Positions 10,621 to 20,584 of a DNA stretch of 64,000 nucleotides are shown one piece after another. The first letter of the stretch is position 1; each line of letters opens with the position of its first letter. Below the pieces are notes generated by a model that was given only the letters and a program-made list of their open reading frames with translations, was not told where the DNA came from and did not search any database. A program made the translations under genes and the position numbers. The stretch is taken from positions 320,001-384,000 of the forward strand of contig JAKFCY010000003.1 of assembly GCA_036676395.1 (NCBI GenBank), written 5' to 3'. This stretch comes from Bdellovibrio sp. (GTDB lineage Bacteria > Bdellovibrionota > Bdellovibrionia > Bdellovibrionales > Bdellovibrionaceae).

Positions 10621-11235
10621 TTAGGCTTTATTAAGTTTCAATTGTTCTTTTGGCAGGGTCACAATGCCCAATTGAGTTAGCTTTTCGCGAGCCATTTCAG
10701 AACCTGTTTTCAGATACAAGTCATAAAGGCGTAAGACGTTCTGATCGGCCTGTACGGCTGACTTTTCACTCATATAGCTTAGCACTTCTACAAACTCTAT
10801 AAAGCGCTTAGAAAACGTTTTATAGACTTCGCTCAAGTGGTCTTCTTTAGTCCAGGTCGCTAAGTTAAAATACGCGGCCGAGCCCATTTCAGAATAATAA
10901 TCAATGTCGACTAACTTCTTTTGCAATGAATCGCCAAAAAATCCCGCTAGGTATAGCGAACGATCTGCCAGCGTTTTCATGATTTCTTTTTTGCGTGTAT
11001 TTTCTGAATTCATCGCAATCAAATACATTTCAGCTAAAGTTTCAGGAGGATTTTCGCTGTTTTCGCCATGCGTACTATGCGGTGTAAACAAATTACGTGA
11101 ATCAAGATAGTGTTTAAGCATATGAATAAGATACGTTTCCAAATGTGGATACGATTTTACTTTTCTTTGCTCTAAAGCTTCTTTCAAAGCTTCGGAGAAA
11201 TGCTGCTCCGGAGAAATAAATAAAAATGCACTCAT
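10621..11235 (-). CDS. conserved hypothetical cytoplasmic protein
   Basis: 204-aa ORF (LADRSLYLAGFFGDSL..VDIDYY..MG..AY) co-oriented with tatBC; function unknown. Confidence 0.7.
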   Translation of the reverse strand: MSAFLFISPEQHFSEALKEALEQRKVKSYPHLETYLIHMLKHYLDSRNLFTPHSTHGENSENPPETLAEMYLIAMNSENTRKKEIMKTLADRSLYLAGFFGDSLQKKLVDIDYYSEMGSAAYFNLATWTKEDHLSEVYKTFSKRFIEFVEVLSYMSEKSAVQADQNVLRLYDLYLKTGSEMAREKLTQLGIVTLPKEQLKLNKA

Positions 11236-11259
11236 AGCTTGTGTCTCATCTTAATATAC

Positions 11260-11287
11260 TTATCGGCCTTGATCTAGTCGGGCTTAA
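11260..11287 (-). promoter_or_regulatory. sigma28 (FliA)-type promoter
   Basis: Minus strand reads TTAAG-N15-GCCGATAA; the -10 is a perfect consensus match. Confidence 0.7.
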
Positions 11288-11339
11288 CGTAAAAGTGGCT
11301 CTCAGCGCAATTCTTGGCCTAGGTCGGGTTAAACCGACT

Positions 11340-11366
11340 TAATTCTGTTTCATAATAGTCCGATAA
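11340..11366 (+). promoter_or_regulatory. sigma28 (FliA)-type promoter for the cpaF-like gene
   Basis: TAAT-N15-TCCGATAA ending 6 nt before the ATG. Confidence 0.5.
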
Positions 11367-11372
11367 GCTCTT

Positions 11373-12419
11373 ATGTTGAATTACGGCCCTCTAAAATCAT
11401 TATTCACCTCGGATGACATGAGTGAAATCATGGTCAACTCTTGGGATCATGTTTTTGTCGAACATAAAGGATGCCTTGTACGCACAGCTGCACGCTTTAT
11501 GGATGCGCGCGAATTTCAGGATTTAGTTTTTGCAATACTAGCGCATGATAAACAGGATTACAGCAAAACATATTCGTTTGATGGCATCTTGCCTGAAGGT
11601 CATCGTTATAATATTACTTTGCCGCCCCTGAGCCCTAAAGGACCAACGTTAACGATTCGTAAATTTTTAGAGAAAAATTTTTCTTTAGATCAGATGATTG
11701 CTTCTGATTTTTTATCTGACAAAACAGCACGCTTTTTAAAATTAGCTGTCGAAGCCCGATTAAATATCGTAGTGTCTGGCGGTACCGGCACTGGTAAAAC
11801 TTCATTTTTAAATACACTGGCAAGTTTGATTCCAGAAGATCAACGTGTTGTTTCGGTCGAAGATACACAAGAACTTAGACCGACTCATGTTAATTGGATT
11901 TATCTTAAAACAATTAAAAATGAGCAAACAAAAGTCACTGCTAAAGACTGCGTTTACAATGCCTTACGGATGCGGCCAGATCGCATTATTGTTGGCGAAT
12001 GCCGCGGTGGTGAAGCTTTTGATATGTTACAAGCCATGAACACAGGTCACGAAGGTTCAATGACTTCGATTCATTCTAATTCAGGTAATGATTGTTTGGC
12101 TCGCTTAGAAACCTTAATTAATGTGGCTAATCCCGATATGCCCCTAAAAATGGTGCGCACACAAATTAGCGAAGCTGTTGATTTAATTGTGCAGCTTAAA
12201 CGTTTACCTGATGGTCGCAGACAAATTTCTGAAATCATCGAATTAACCGGAATGGAAGCTGATATCATCACCCGTTCGCCGATTTTTACCCGCACAAAAT
12301 CAGCAAAACTAGATGTGACTGGTTATGTGCCAGATGTCATTCAACGAATTAACTATCAAAGCAAAAAGATTTCGCCGCAATTTTTTGATCCAAACACCCA
12401 GCTTAAAAAATCTAGCTAG
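11373..12419 (+). CDS. CpaF/TadA-family (VirB11-like) secretion ATPase
   Basis: LTIRKF, Walker [44 protein letters not shown]. Confidence 0.9.
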   Translation: MLNYGPLKSLFTSDDMSEIMVNSWDHVFVEHKGCLVRTAARFMDAREFQDLVFAILAHDKQDYSKTYSFDGILPEGHRYNITLPPLSPKGPTLTIRKFLEKNFSLDQMIASDFLSDKTARFLKLAVEARLNIVVSGGTGTGKTSFLNTLASLIPEDQRVVSVEDTQELRPTHVNWIYLKTIKNEQTKVTAKDCVYNALRMRPDRIIVGECRGGEAFDMLQAMNTGHEGSMTSIHSNSGNDCLARLETLINVANPDMPLKMVRTQISEAVDLIVQLKRLPDGRRQISEIIELTGMEADIITRSPIFTRTKSAKLDVTGYVPDVIQRINYQSKKISPQFFDPNTQLKKSS

Positions 12420-15030
12420 GCTGTTTTTTACCCACAACACTGGTGATATGCGCCTGACTGAAAAGTCTTTGCGCTACACGTTTTACATCATCAGATGTAA
12501 TGCCATTGTAGATTTTATCAATGTGTAAAGATTCATTAAAATCGTTTCCATAAAAATCATCAAAAGCGATCGTGTTACATAAAGATGATTTTCTCTGTAA
12601 CCCGATATCATTTTGCCCGATTAAATATCTTTGCGCGCGCTTAAGTTCTTCATGCGGCACTTTGTGGGTGCGAATTTTATCAAATTCAATATGAAACATT
12701 CTAATCGCTTTTTCTACTTTATCAGGCGAACACGCAATATATCCACCGAAATAGCCGCACTCTAAACTTTCCATACGAATTGGCGAAACTGAATAGGCTA
12801 AAGAATTTTTATCACGCAGTTCAATAAATAAACGGCCACCCTGGCCAGCCATGATGGCCTGAATCACATGCAAAACATAACGATCTGGGTCGGTGATGTT
12901 GATACCTTGCCAGCCAACGATCACATGCGACTGTTCTTTGTCTTTTTCAATAAAATAACTTTTGTTTTCTGTTATTGGTTTAAATTCTGTCGTCGGCAAT
13001 AACTTCGGTGTGCGCTTAAAAGATTTTTCTAAACGTTCAATACTGTCTATCCAAGTTTTTTGATCAAAATCACCAACTACAACTGCTAGCATATTATTTG
13101 ATGATTTAACTTTATCTAAGTAGTTCGTTAAATCAATTGCATGAATATTATTCGTTGTTTCAATCGTGCCCAACTGATCATAAGACACGGGGTGATTCGG
13201 AAACATGTTTTTCACGAATTGTTTTCCGCATAAATATGAAGGCTGATCTTCTTTTGAATGAATTTGTCTTTGCATCGCCTGGCGTTCACGATCAACAACC
13301 GCAGGCACAAAATCAGGCTCTAAAAATAATTCTTCCATAAGGCCAACAATTTTGTTTTCAAAGGGCTTCATATAATCTAATGAAAAACCAACCGTGTTTT
13401 TACCGCTAAATGGCGAAAGGCCCGCTGCAGATTCTTCAATTAGTTGTAAAATTTGTGATTCTGATTTTTGTTTTGTTCCACCCAACCAAGAGCGACCTAA
13501 TAATTCAGAGGTGCCCATTTTATCAAGTTGTTCGATGCGGGCACCGCCGCCTAATAATATTCGCGCCGACACTGTTGGTATTTCTAGCGATTTTTCAAAA
13601 ATCACGCGCGTTCCGTTATTTGTCGTAACAACTTCAATGCCGGATTTATCGGTTTTTTTAATCTCTTTAAAAACAATTTTAGGAATAGCTACTTTTTTAT
13701 TTTTAACTTTTTTTGCTGGCTTTTCTTTTTTCTGACTTGCAATAATTTGTAACCAAACTTTGTGTGAATCTTTTAAGATATCAACAAATTCAGTTTCTTT
13801 TTTTGGCCCCAGCACCGTGTAGCTGGCTACTTTTGGATCAAAGTATTTTTTTGCAACCCGCATAACATCTTTTGGTGTAATTTTTTGAATCGTTTTTAAA
13901 TACTTTTCATGGGCTAAGCTATCGTTCATGTAAAATTGTGATGAACCAATTTTACTGGCAATCCCATCTACTGTTTCGATTGAATAAAACTGCTCAGAAG
14001 AGATATTAATGATGGCTTTACGAATTTCTTCCCAACAAACTTCTTCTTTTTTGATTTTTTCGATCTCTTGATAAATACCTTCGAAAGCCAATTTTGGATC
14101 TTGTTCTAATACTTTAAAGCTTAACGCTAATAAGCCTGGATCTTGGGGGGTGTAACTATAACTTGAAACACTGCTGACTAAACTTGATTGCAAACGCAAT
14201 TTTGAAAATAATCGACTGGTTTCGCCTTGACCTAAAACCATCGCCATCACATCAAGTGCCGGAACATCTTTATGCTTAATCGCCGGCGCTGGAAAGGCTA
14301 GATTGTAGTTACTATCTTTTAAATCTTTAGTTTTAGCCTTGTATGTGACTTTAGTGGCTTTTGGTTCTTTCGTGCGTATAATTTTTTTCAGTTTATATGG
14401 CATAAATGTAGAAAAATATTTATCGACATTTTGGCGCATTTCTTTTTCATCAAAATCGCCCGACACAATCAGACACATGTTCGATGGCACATAACGCGAT
14501 TGATAAAAACTTTTTAGTTTTTTGACTGGCCATGCGCGAACATTTTTTTCATAACCAATAACTGGAATACCATAAGCATGTTTTTTAAATACTGAGCTAA
14601 ACAGCAGTTGTGAAGATTGCCGCCCCGGAGAATCTTGTCCCATTTTAATTTCTTCACAAACAACTTCGCGTTCACTATGGGTTTCGTCGGCATCAAATGT
14701 GGGGTGACCCATCATTTGCGAAATCACATCGAGTGCCACATCCTGAAAAGTTTTTGAAATTGTGACATAAAACACTGTTTGATCAAACGAGGTGTAAGCG
14801 TTCAATTCACCGCCCGAGGCCTCTACAATAGACGCAATTTCACCGACTTTGTATTTGTGAGTGCCCTTAAACACCAAATGTTCAATAAAATGACTTATAC
14901 CTTCTTCGCCTTTTTTTTCATCGGCGCTTCCGGTCTTTACCCACATCTGCACGCTCACCACAGGAGATTTATGGCTAGGAATAAGAATTACTTTAAGCTT
15001 GTTTTTGAGTTGAAATTTAACCTGTTTCAT
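12412..15030 (-). CDS. M16 family zinc metallopeptidase (two fused halves)
   Basis: HFIEH inverted zinc motif, NAYTSFDQT, SRLF/GRLF..LR motifs; second half lacks HxxEH. Confidence 0.92.
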   Translation of the reverse strand: MKQVKFQLKNKLKVILIPSHKSPVVSVQMWVKTGSADEKKGEEGISHFIEHLVFKGTHKYKVGEIASIVEASGGELNAYTSFDQTVFYVTISKTFQDVALDVISQMMGHPTFDADETHSEREVVCEEIKMGQDSPGRQSSQLLFSSVFKKHAYGIPVIGYEKNVRAWPVKKLKSFYQSRYVPSNMCLIVSGDFDEKEMRQNVDKYFSTFMPYKLKKIIRTKEPKATKVTYKAKTKDLKDSNYNLAFPAPAIKHKDVPALDVMAMVLGQGETSRLFSKLRLQSSLVSSVSSYSYTPQDPGLLALSFKVLEQDPKLAFEGIYQEIEKIKKEEVCWEEIRKAIINISSEQFYSIETVDGIASKIGSSQFYMNDSLAHEKYLKTIQKITPKDVMRVAKKYFDPKVASYTVLGPKKETEFVDILKDSHKVWLQIIASQKKEKPAKKVKNKKVAIPKIVFKEIKKTDKSGIEVVTTNNGTRVIFEKSLEIPTVSARILLGGGARIEQLDKMGTSELLGRSWLGGTKQKSESQILQLIEESAAGLSPFSGKNTVGFSLDYMKPFENKIVGLMEELFLEPDFVPAVVDRERQAMQRQIHSKEDQPSYLCGKQFVKNMFPNHPVSYDQLGTIETTNNIHAIDLTNYLDKVKSSNNMLAVVVGDFDQKTWIDSIERLEKSFKRTPKLLPTTEFKPITENKSYFIEKDKEQSHVIVGWQGINITDPDRYVLHVIQAIMAGQGGRLFIELRDKNSLAYSVSPIRMESLECGYFGGYIACSPDKVEKAIRMFHIEFDKIRTHKVPHEELKRAQRYLIGQNDIGLQRKSSLCNTIAFDDFYGNDFNESLHIDKIYNGITSDDVKRVAQRLFSQAHITSVVGKKQPS

Positions 15031-15045
15031 CTATAACATCCTTCT

Positions 15046-16215
15046 ATGTCTGAACAGTTTGGCGTCTACATTCATATCCCGTACTGTATTCAGCGCTGTT
15101 CATACTGCGACTTTGCCACCTATGTGCAGTCAGAAATTTTAGTTCCCGAAAGATACGTAGCTTTAGTCAAAGAAGAAATCCCTTTAAGAAAACATTATTT
15201 TGGTTTCTCAAAAGACACCGAAAAAAAATTAAATACGGTGTACTTTGGCGGGGGAACTCCCAGCCTGATTTCTTCTGACCTCATTGTAGGCCTGATTTCT
15301 GAACTCAACAAGCATGGGTTAACAACTGGTCCTGATGCAGAAATCACAATTGAAATAAATCCAGCCACGATTGATGAACGCAAAATAGAACATTATTTAT
15401 CGGCTGGGGTTAATCGCTTTAGCGTTGGGGCACAAACGTTTCATGATCGCCTATTGAAAATGGTGAAGCGTGAACACAATGCGAAACAGACCTTGCAGAC
15501 TTTAGACCTGTTAAAACGCTATAAATTAAACTTCTCGTTCGATTTACTTTTTGCGTTACCCACCCAAACTGTCGAAGAATTAAAATCCGATGTGGAAATG
15601 GCTGTGGAAATCGGCTCATCACACATTTCGCCGTACTGCTTAACGGTGCCCGAAGCGCATCCACTTTCAAAAAATCGGCCACTTGAAGATGAACAAGTTG
15701 AAATGTTTGATATTATTCATCAACACTTGACTGCAAAAAACTTCAATCGCTATGAAATTTCTAATTACAGCTTGCCGGGTAAAGAGTCTCGTCATAACCG
15801 CTTATATTGGGATGATCATTCTTACTGGGGCTTGGGTTTAAGTGCCCATTCTTATTCAAGAACGTCTCAGTGGGGCCACAGATTTTGGAACCCAAACAAT
15901 ATCGATGTTTACGAAAAACAAATTCGCCAAGGCTTAGTTGATTTACCCGATAATCAAATTGAAACCTTGCAAAAACATCAGGCTCTTACCGACTTTTGTC
16001 ATACCTCACTGCGCGTTGCAGAAGGCGTTTCATTCGCGCGCCTAGAACGCAAGTTCGACGCGATAGCGTGCAGTAAAGTTCTAGAAATCGCGCAGCCGAT
16101 GCTAGAACGTAAGCTTTTAAAGCTAGAAAATAATCATTTAGTGCTCACCCATCGCGGAGTGCTAATCAGTAATCAAATATTTGAGAAATTCACCTTTTTA
16201 GCTGAAGACATCTAG
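15046..16215 (+). CDS. hemW: radical SAM haem chaperone HemW (HemN-like)
   Basis: YIHIPYCIQRCSYCDF, YFGGGTPS, YEISNY, HN..YW. Confidence 0.9.
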   Translation: MSEQFGVYIHIPYCIQRCSYCDFATYVQSEILVPERYVALVKEEIPLRKHYFGFSKDTEKKLNTVYFGGGTPSLISSDLIVGLISELNKHGLTTGPDAEITIEINPATIDERKIEHYLSAGVNRFSVGAQTFHDRLLKMVKREHNAKQTLQTLDLLKRYKLNFSFDLLFALPTQTVEELKSDVEMAVEIGSSHISPYCLTVPEAHPLSKNRPLEDEQVEMFDIIHQHLTAKNFNRYEISNYSLPGKESRHNRLYWDDHSYWGLGLSAHSYSRTSQWGHRFWNPNNIDVYEKQIRQGLVDLPDNQIETLQKHQALTDFCHTSLRVAEGVSFARLERKFDAIACSKVLEIAQPMLERKLLKLENNHLVLTHRGVLISNQIFEKFTFLAEDI

Positions 16216-16277
16216 TTGACATTTCTAGGATAGAACTCACACTTTAAAGGTTAATATTTTTGAATATGCGAGGATCT

Positions 16278-16835
16278 ATGACAGAGGATAAAAATACAAA
16301 ATCTGAAACTCAAAATGGGACGACCGGCAACGGTGAAGCCAGCGCTGAGGGCAACGCTACTGTTACACCAATCAAGTCTGAATTAGAGCAAGCTCAAGAA
16401 GACGTGCAAAAATGGAAAAACGAATATTTATATTTGCGCGCAGAATTTGATAATTACAAAAAGCATGCGATCAAAGAAAGATCTGATTTATTAAAATTCG
16501 GCATCGAAAGAATCGCTCGCGATATTTTAGAAGTTATGGATAATTTCGAACGTGCCTTACAAACAAAAGTAACGGCTGAAAATATTCCCACTTATAAAAC
16601 TGGTGTTGAAATGACAGCAAAAGAGTTAAAAGAAGCTCTGACAAAACATGGTATTCAAGAAGTGCCTAGTGAAAATCAGCCTTTTAATCCTCAAGTGCAT
16701 GAAGCGATCAGCTCTGAACCTACAACCCAGGTTGCCGAAGGTCACATCACTAAAGTATTTAAAAAACCTTATAAACTTCATGATAAAGTGATTCGTATGG
16801 GTCAAGTTATCGTAGCTACAGCGCCAAAAGCATAA
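16278..16835 (+). CDS. grpE: nucleotide exchange factor GrpE
   Basis: [37 protein letters not shown] at 16278 follows GAGGA. Confidence 0.93.
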   Translation: MTEDKNTKSETQNGTTGNGEASAEGNATVTPIKSELEQAQEDVQKWKNEYLYLRAEFDNYKKHAIKERSDLLKFGIERIARDILEVMDNFERALQTKVTAENIPTYKTGVEMTAKELKEALTKHGIQEVPSENQPFNPQVHEAISSEPTTQVAEGHITKVFKKPYKLHDKVIRMGQVIVATAPKA

Positions 16836-16836
16836 A

Positions 16837-17826
16837 ATGAGTAAAAAAGATTTTTATCAAGTATTGGGTGTTACTAGATCATCAACTGCAGATGAAATTA
16901 AAAAAGCTTATCGCAAGCTTGCAATGCAGTATCACCCAGATAAAAATCAGGGCAACAAAAAGGCTGAAGATCAGTTTAAGGAGATTTCTGAAGCCTACGA
17001 AGTTCTAAGCGATACAGAAAAAAGAAAAAATTACGATACTTTCGGTCATGCCGGTGTGAACGGTAATCCGTTCGGTAGCGCTGGTGGCCAACAAGGCAAC
17101 CCCTTTGGCCGCGGTGGTGGCGGCAATCCGTTCGGCAATGCCGACATTAATGATTTATTTGGCGACATCTTTGGCGAGGCTTTTGGTGGCGGTGCTCGCA
17201 CTCGATCATCACAACAGCAACGTCCTCGTCATGCCAGCAAAGGTGCAGACCTTCGCTACACATTAACAATTACTTTTGAAGAAGCGGCTACTGGCACTGA
17301 AAAAGTAATTAGCTTTGTTCGCCAAGTTGGGTCCCGCGAAGAAGCTGCAAAACTTTCTGTGACGGTTCCGGCCGGAGTCAAAGAAGGCCAACGTCTAAAA
17401 CTGACTGAAGAAGGCGATAAACCCTCTTCTGGAACCGCAGGCGACCTTTACGTTATTATTAATTTACAAGAGCATTTATTGTTTAAACGCGAAGAAGCAG
17501 ATGTGATGTTAGATCTTCCGGTTAAATACACAGAAGCCATTTTAGGAACAGAAGTTGAAATTCCGACCTTATCTGGTAAAGCCCAAATTAAAATTCCTGC
17601 CGGAACTTATTCTGGTCAGGTTTTACGATTAAAAGGAAAAGGTTTTCCTCGTATCGGTGGCATCGGCAACGGTGATATGTTGGTGCGTCTATTGGTAGAT
17701 ACACCATTAAAAACCAACACCCGTCAAAAAGAGCTTCTCGAAGAACTAAACCGCTACGCCGAAGAAACCCCACTAGTAAAAACTTATAAAGAAAAATTAG
17801 AATCTTTGTTGAGGTCGCGAAAATGA
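16837..17826 (+). CDS. DnaJ-class chaperone lacking the zinc-finger region (class B / CbpA-like)
   Basis: J-domain with HPD, G/F-rich linker, C-terminal domain; no CxxCxGxG repeats. Confidence 0.9.
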   Translation: MSKKDFYQVLGVTRSSTADEIKKAYRKLAMQYHPDKNQGNKKAEDQFKEISEAYEVLSDTEKRKNYDTFGHAGVNGNPFGSAGGQQGNPFGRGGGGNPFGNADINDLFGDIFGEAFGGGARTRSSQQQRPRHASKGADLRYTLTITFEEAATGTEKVISFVRQVGSREEAAKLSVTVPAGVKEGQRLKLTEEGDKPSSGTAGDLYVIINLQEHLLFKREEADVMLDLPVKYTEAILGTEVEIPTLSGKAQIKIPAGTYSGQVLRLKGKGFPRIGGIGNGDMLVRLLVDTPLKTNTRQKELLEELNRYAEETPLVKTYKEKLESLLRSRK

Positions 17827-19292
17827 TTAAAAAATTAAGTTTAGCTGCTGCCGCAGCCATCGTATTTCATGGCTGCTCAAGCACTCCATCTATTGAAACA
17901 CGTCACAAAACGATACCTTCAAAAAAAAATGAATACGTCAAAGTCGAAAAAAGCTCTACACAGGCACCTACTTCGATTTACGCTCCTGCACCGGTAATTG
18001 CTGCGGCAACACCGCCACCAGAAATAGTTACAGCTCCTCCGGCAGTGGTCATTCCCCCAGTGCAAAATTTTAATTTAGACGAAGAAAAAACCGACAAACC
18101 CAGATCGACAGTAAGTTATGATTCTGACGCGCAAAAAATTGGAGTTATTCTTCCGATCACTGGCAAAAATGCCAGCTTAGGTCAACGCACTTTAAATGCT
18201 ATTCGCTTAGGTCTTGGCCTTGACGATAAAAATCCTTCATTTTCAATTCACATATACGATAGCCAAAGTAATCCCGATGTTGCGGCTCAGGGCGTAGAAA
18301 AACTTTTACGTGATGATCATGTCATTGCAGTTTTGGGTGGTTTAAGCGCCAAAGAAGCCCAAAATATTTCAGCTAAGGCTGAGTTTTTTCAGGTTCCATT
18401 TTTTTCGTTCTCACAAAAATCAGGTCTAACAGATTCGACCGAATACACTTTTAGAAATTCTGTAACCCCTGAAATGCAAGTAGCAAGGCTTCTGCAACAC
18501 GCTTTTAAAAACATTAATGCGAAACGTTTTGCCATCCTTTACCCGAATGATGCTTATGGAGTTGAATTTGCCAACAAATATTGGGATTTGGTTTTAGCTG
18601 GCGGCGGAGAAGTTGTAGCCGCTCAAGCTTATGACCCGAAAGATACAAATTTAAATATTTACGTGCAAAAACTAGTCGGCACTTATTACACCGATGCACG
18701 CTCTGAAGAGTTCAAAGCTCGTCAAAAAGAAATCGCCGAAAAAAAGAAAAAACAAAAAGAAACAGAACCTGCAAAGAAAAAAAATACTCGTGAACATGAA
18801 GCACAAGAAAATATTTTACCTGCAATAGTTGATTTCGATGTCTTGTTTGTGCCTGATAGTGGAAAAGCTTTAGGTCAAATCATGGCTTTTATGAAAAATA
18901 ATGATGTCGCGCAAATGACTTACCTGGGCACTAACTTGTGGAATACTCCGGATTTGTTTCGCCGTGTTGGAACCAACACCAGCAGCGTATTTTTTGTTGA
19001 TTCTACATTTACTCCTGAAGAACAAAAAAAATCTGACTTTCACGAGAAATATTTCGCTAAGCATGAAGAAGATCCAACTATTGTTGAAGCTCAAGTGTAC
19101 GAAGCAGCTAAAATATTACGCGATATCATTGGTAACAGCTCTATTAGTCGCAGTTCGTTAGCCTACCAGTTAGGTATCTTAGGCCGCAAAAGCGGCGCCT
19201 ACAGCGAAATACGTATGAATAACAATCATGAAATTGAACGCCCATTGCATATCTTTAGCTTGACCGAAGGGTCTATTCAGAAAACAGAATAG
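17823..19292 (+). CDS. LppC/LpoA-like lipoprotein (periplasmic binding-protein fold; putative PBP activator)
   Basis: Lipobox FHGC, Pro-rich linker, [29 protein letters not shown]. Confidence 0.75.
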   Translation: MIKKLSLAAAAAIVFHGCSSTPSIETRHKTIPSKKNEYVKVEKSSTQAPTSIYAPAPVIAAATPPPEIVTAPPAVVIPPVQNFNLDEEKTDKPRSTVSYDSDAQKIGVILPITGKNASLGQRTLNAIRLGLGLDDKNPSFSIHIYDSQSNPDVAAQGVEKLLRDDHVIAVLGGLSAKEAQNISAKAEFFQVPFFSFSQKSGLTDSTEYTFRNSVTPEMQVARLLQHAFKNINAKRFAILYPNDAYGVEFANKYWDLVLAGGGEVVAAQAYDPKDTNLNIYVQKLVGTYYTDARSEEFKARQKEIAEKKKKQKETEPAKKKNTREHEAQENILPAIVDFDVLFVPDSGKALGQIMAFMKNNDVAQMTYLGTNLWNTPDLFRRVGTNTSSVFFVDSTFTPEEQKKSDFHEKYFAKHEEDPTIVEAQVYEAAKILRDIIGNSSISRSSLAYQLGILGRKSGAYSEIRMNNNHEIERPLHIFSLTEGSIQKTE

Positions 19293-19445
19293 ACTTTAGT
19301 CCATAATATCCACATTATAAGAATTTTTTGCGGCATTTTTAACCTGCCGCTAACCGTTTATTCCCCCTACCGCATCCAATGTCCAAGAACTAGCACAATA
19401 GTCTAGTCCTAAAAAATGCATAGAGCATGGTGGAGGGGTATTCAG

Positions 19446-19838
19446 ATGAAAAAGGATTTTTTATCAGAACAAACAATTCAGGTATGTAGAACAAAACTTT
19501 TAGATCTTAAAAGCCAGTTTTTGAATCAAGCAAAGACGATGGCTGCTAATTTCAATATGGTTGATAAATCACGCGGCGACGAAAGTGATCTGTCTGCAGC
19601 CCACCAAGAAGAGCATAATTTTTTAATCGCCCAAACACGCATGAAAGCTCAGCTAGTAGAAATAGAAATGGCCCTGAGCCGCATTGAGAGCGGTAACTAC
19701 GGCATCTGTGAAGAAACTGATGAGTTAATTGAAACAGAGCGCCTATTGGCTATTCCATGGACACGCCTGAGTATAGAAGGTGCAGAAATCCGTGAGTCGC
19801 AAACAAAAAAAGCAGGCAAAGGCTATCTTGCTTTTTGA
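19446..19838 (+). CDS. DksA/TraR-family RNAP-binding factor, single-Cys (probably Zn-free) type
   Basis: Coiled-coil tip GDESDLS; AL.RIE.G.YGICEETDELI..ERLLAIPWTRLSIEG; ATG at 19446 after GGAGG. Confidence 0.85.
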   Translation: MKKDFLSEQTIQVCRTKLLDLKSQFLNQAKTMAANFNMVDKSRGDESDLSAAHQEEHNFLIAQTRMKAQLVEIEMALSRIESGNYGICEETDELIETERLLAIPWTRLSIEGAEIRESQTKKAGKGYLAF

Positions 19839-20013
19839 TTCTACAAATTACAGAAATCGTTTAAGATTCTGCGATCCTAATGCTTTAGCGCAGCAATGAA
19901 AATCAAAGTGTCGCAGTGTTTTTTGATGACAGAAATCTGTCTTAAGATAATTATCCCCCTCGATTCGGAACTATTCAACATGTCAGCTGACGTTGGTCAG
20001 TGAGGGGGATTTG

Positions 20014-20409
20014 GTGAAAAAAACCGAGAATTCAGAAACATTAATTATGTCGCCAGAACTGACTATCATCAGAGATTCATTACTATTGCAAAAAAGCGAA
20101 ATTTTAAATCGTGATAACGAATTTAAATTAGCGCAATTAGATGTAGCGAAACTTTCAGATGAAGGTGATCAGACTGCGCAAGAACAACAAAACAATATTT
20201 CAATTCAGCTGCACGAACGCGAGAGAATGTCTCTGGTGCACATTGAAAAAACTCTTTCAAAATTTGCTACTGGTACCTACGGTGAATGCGAATCTTGTGG
20301 TGATGACATCACGATCAAGCGTTTACAAGCTAGACCTTTAACTCCTTTTTGCATCAATTGCATGGAAGAGCACGAAGAGCAGTCGCATCACTCTGGACTA
20401 ATCCAATAA
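20014..20409 (+). CDS. DksA/TraR-family factor, C4 zinc-finger type
   Basis: SDEGDQTA tip; YGECESCG..RLQARP..FCINC; GTG at 20014 after GAGGGGG. Confidence 0.85.
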   Translation: MKKTENSETLIMSPELTIIRDSLLLQKSEILNRDNEFKLAQLDVAKLSDEGDQTAQEQQNNISIQLHERERMSLVHIEKTLSKFATGTYGECESCGDDITIKRLQARPLTPFCINCMEEHEEQSHHSGLIQ

Positions 20410-20584
20410 GCGGTCGTTTAATTCCAGCCTTTAGTAACTAAGAAAACAGTATGTTTTCTCATGGAATGAGACCTGCTGACATGGATGTCAGTCTTGTTTT
20501 TGACAATTTCTTTAAATCCAGACTTAAATTCATTTAAGCCGCTCCATTTTGCTCCGATTAGGTTTGTAAGAAACAGGAGCCGAC

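Noticed and set aside
19305..19313. Isolated DnaA-box-like ATATCCACA as oriC
   Set aside because: Single site with no cluster or unwinding element; the origin is expected beyond the yidC end.
20534..20560. Possible sigma28 promoter for lon (TTAAG-N14-TCCGATTA)
   Set aside because: Spacing is one base short and the -10 has two mismatches; too weak to call.
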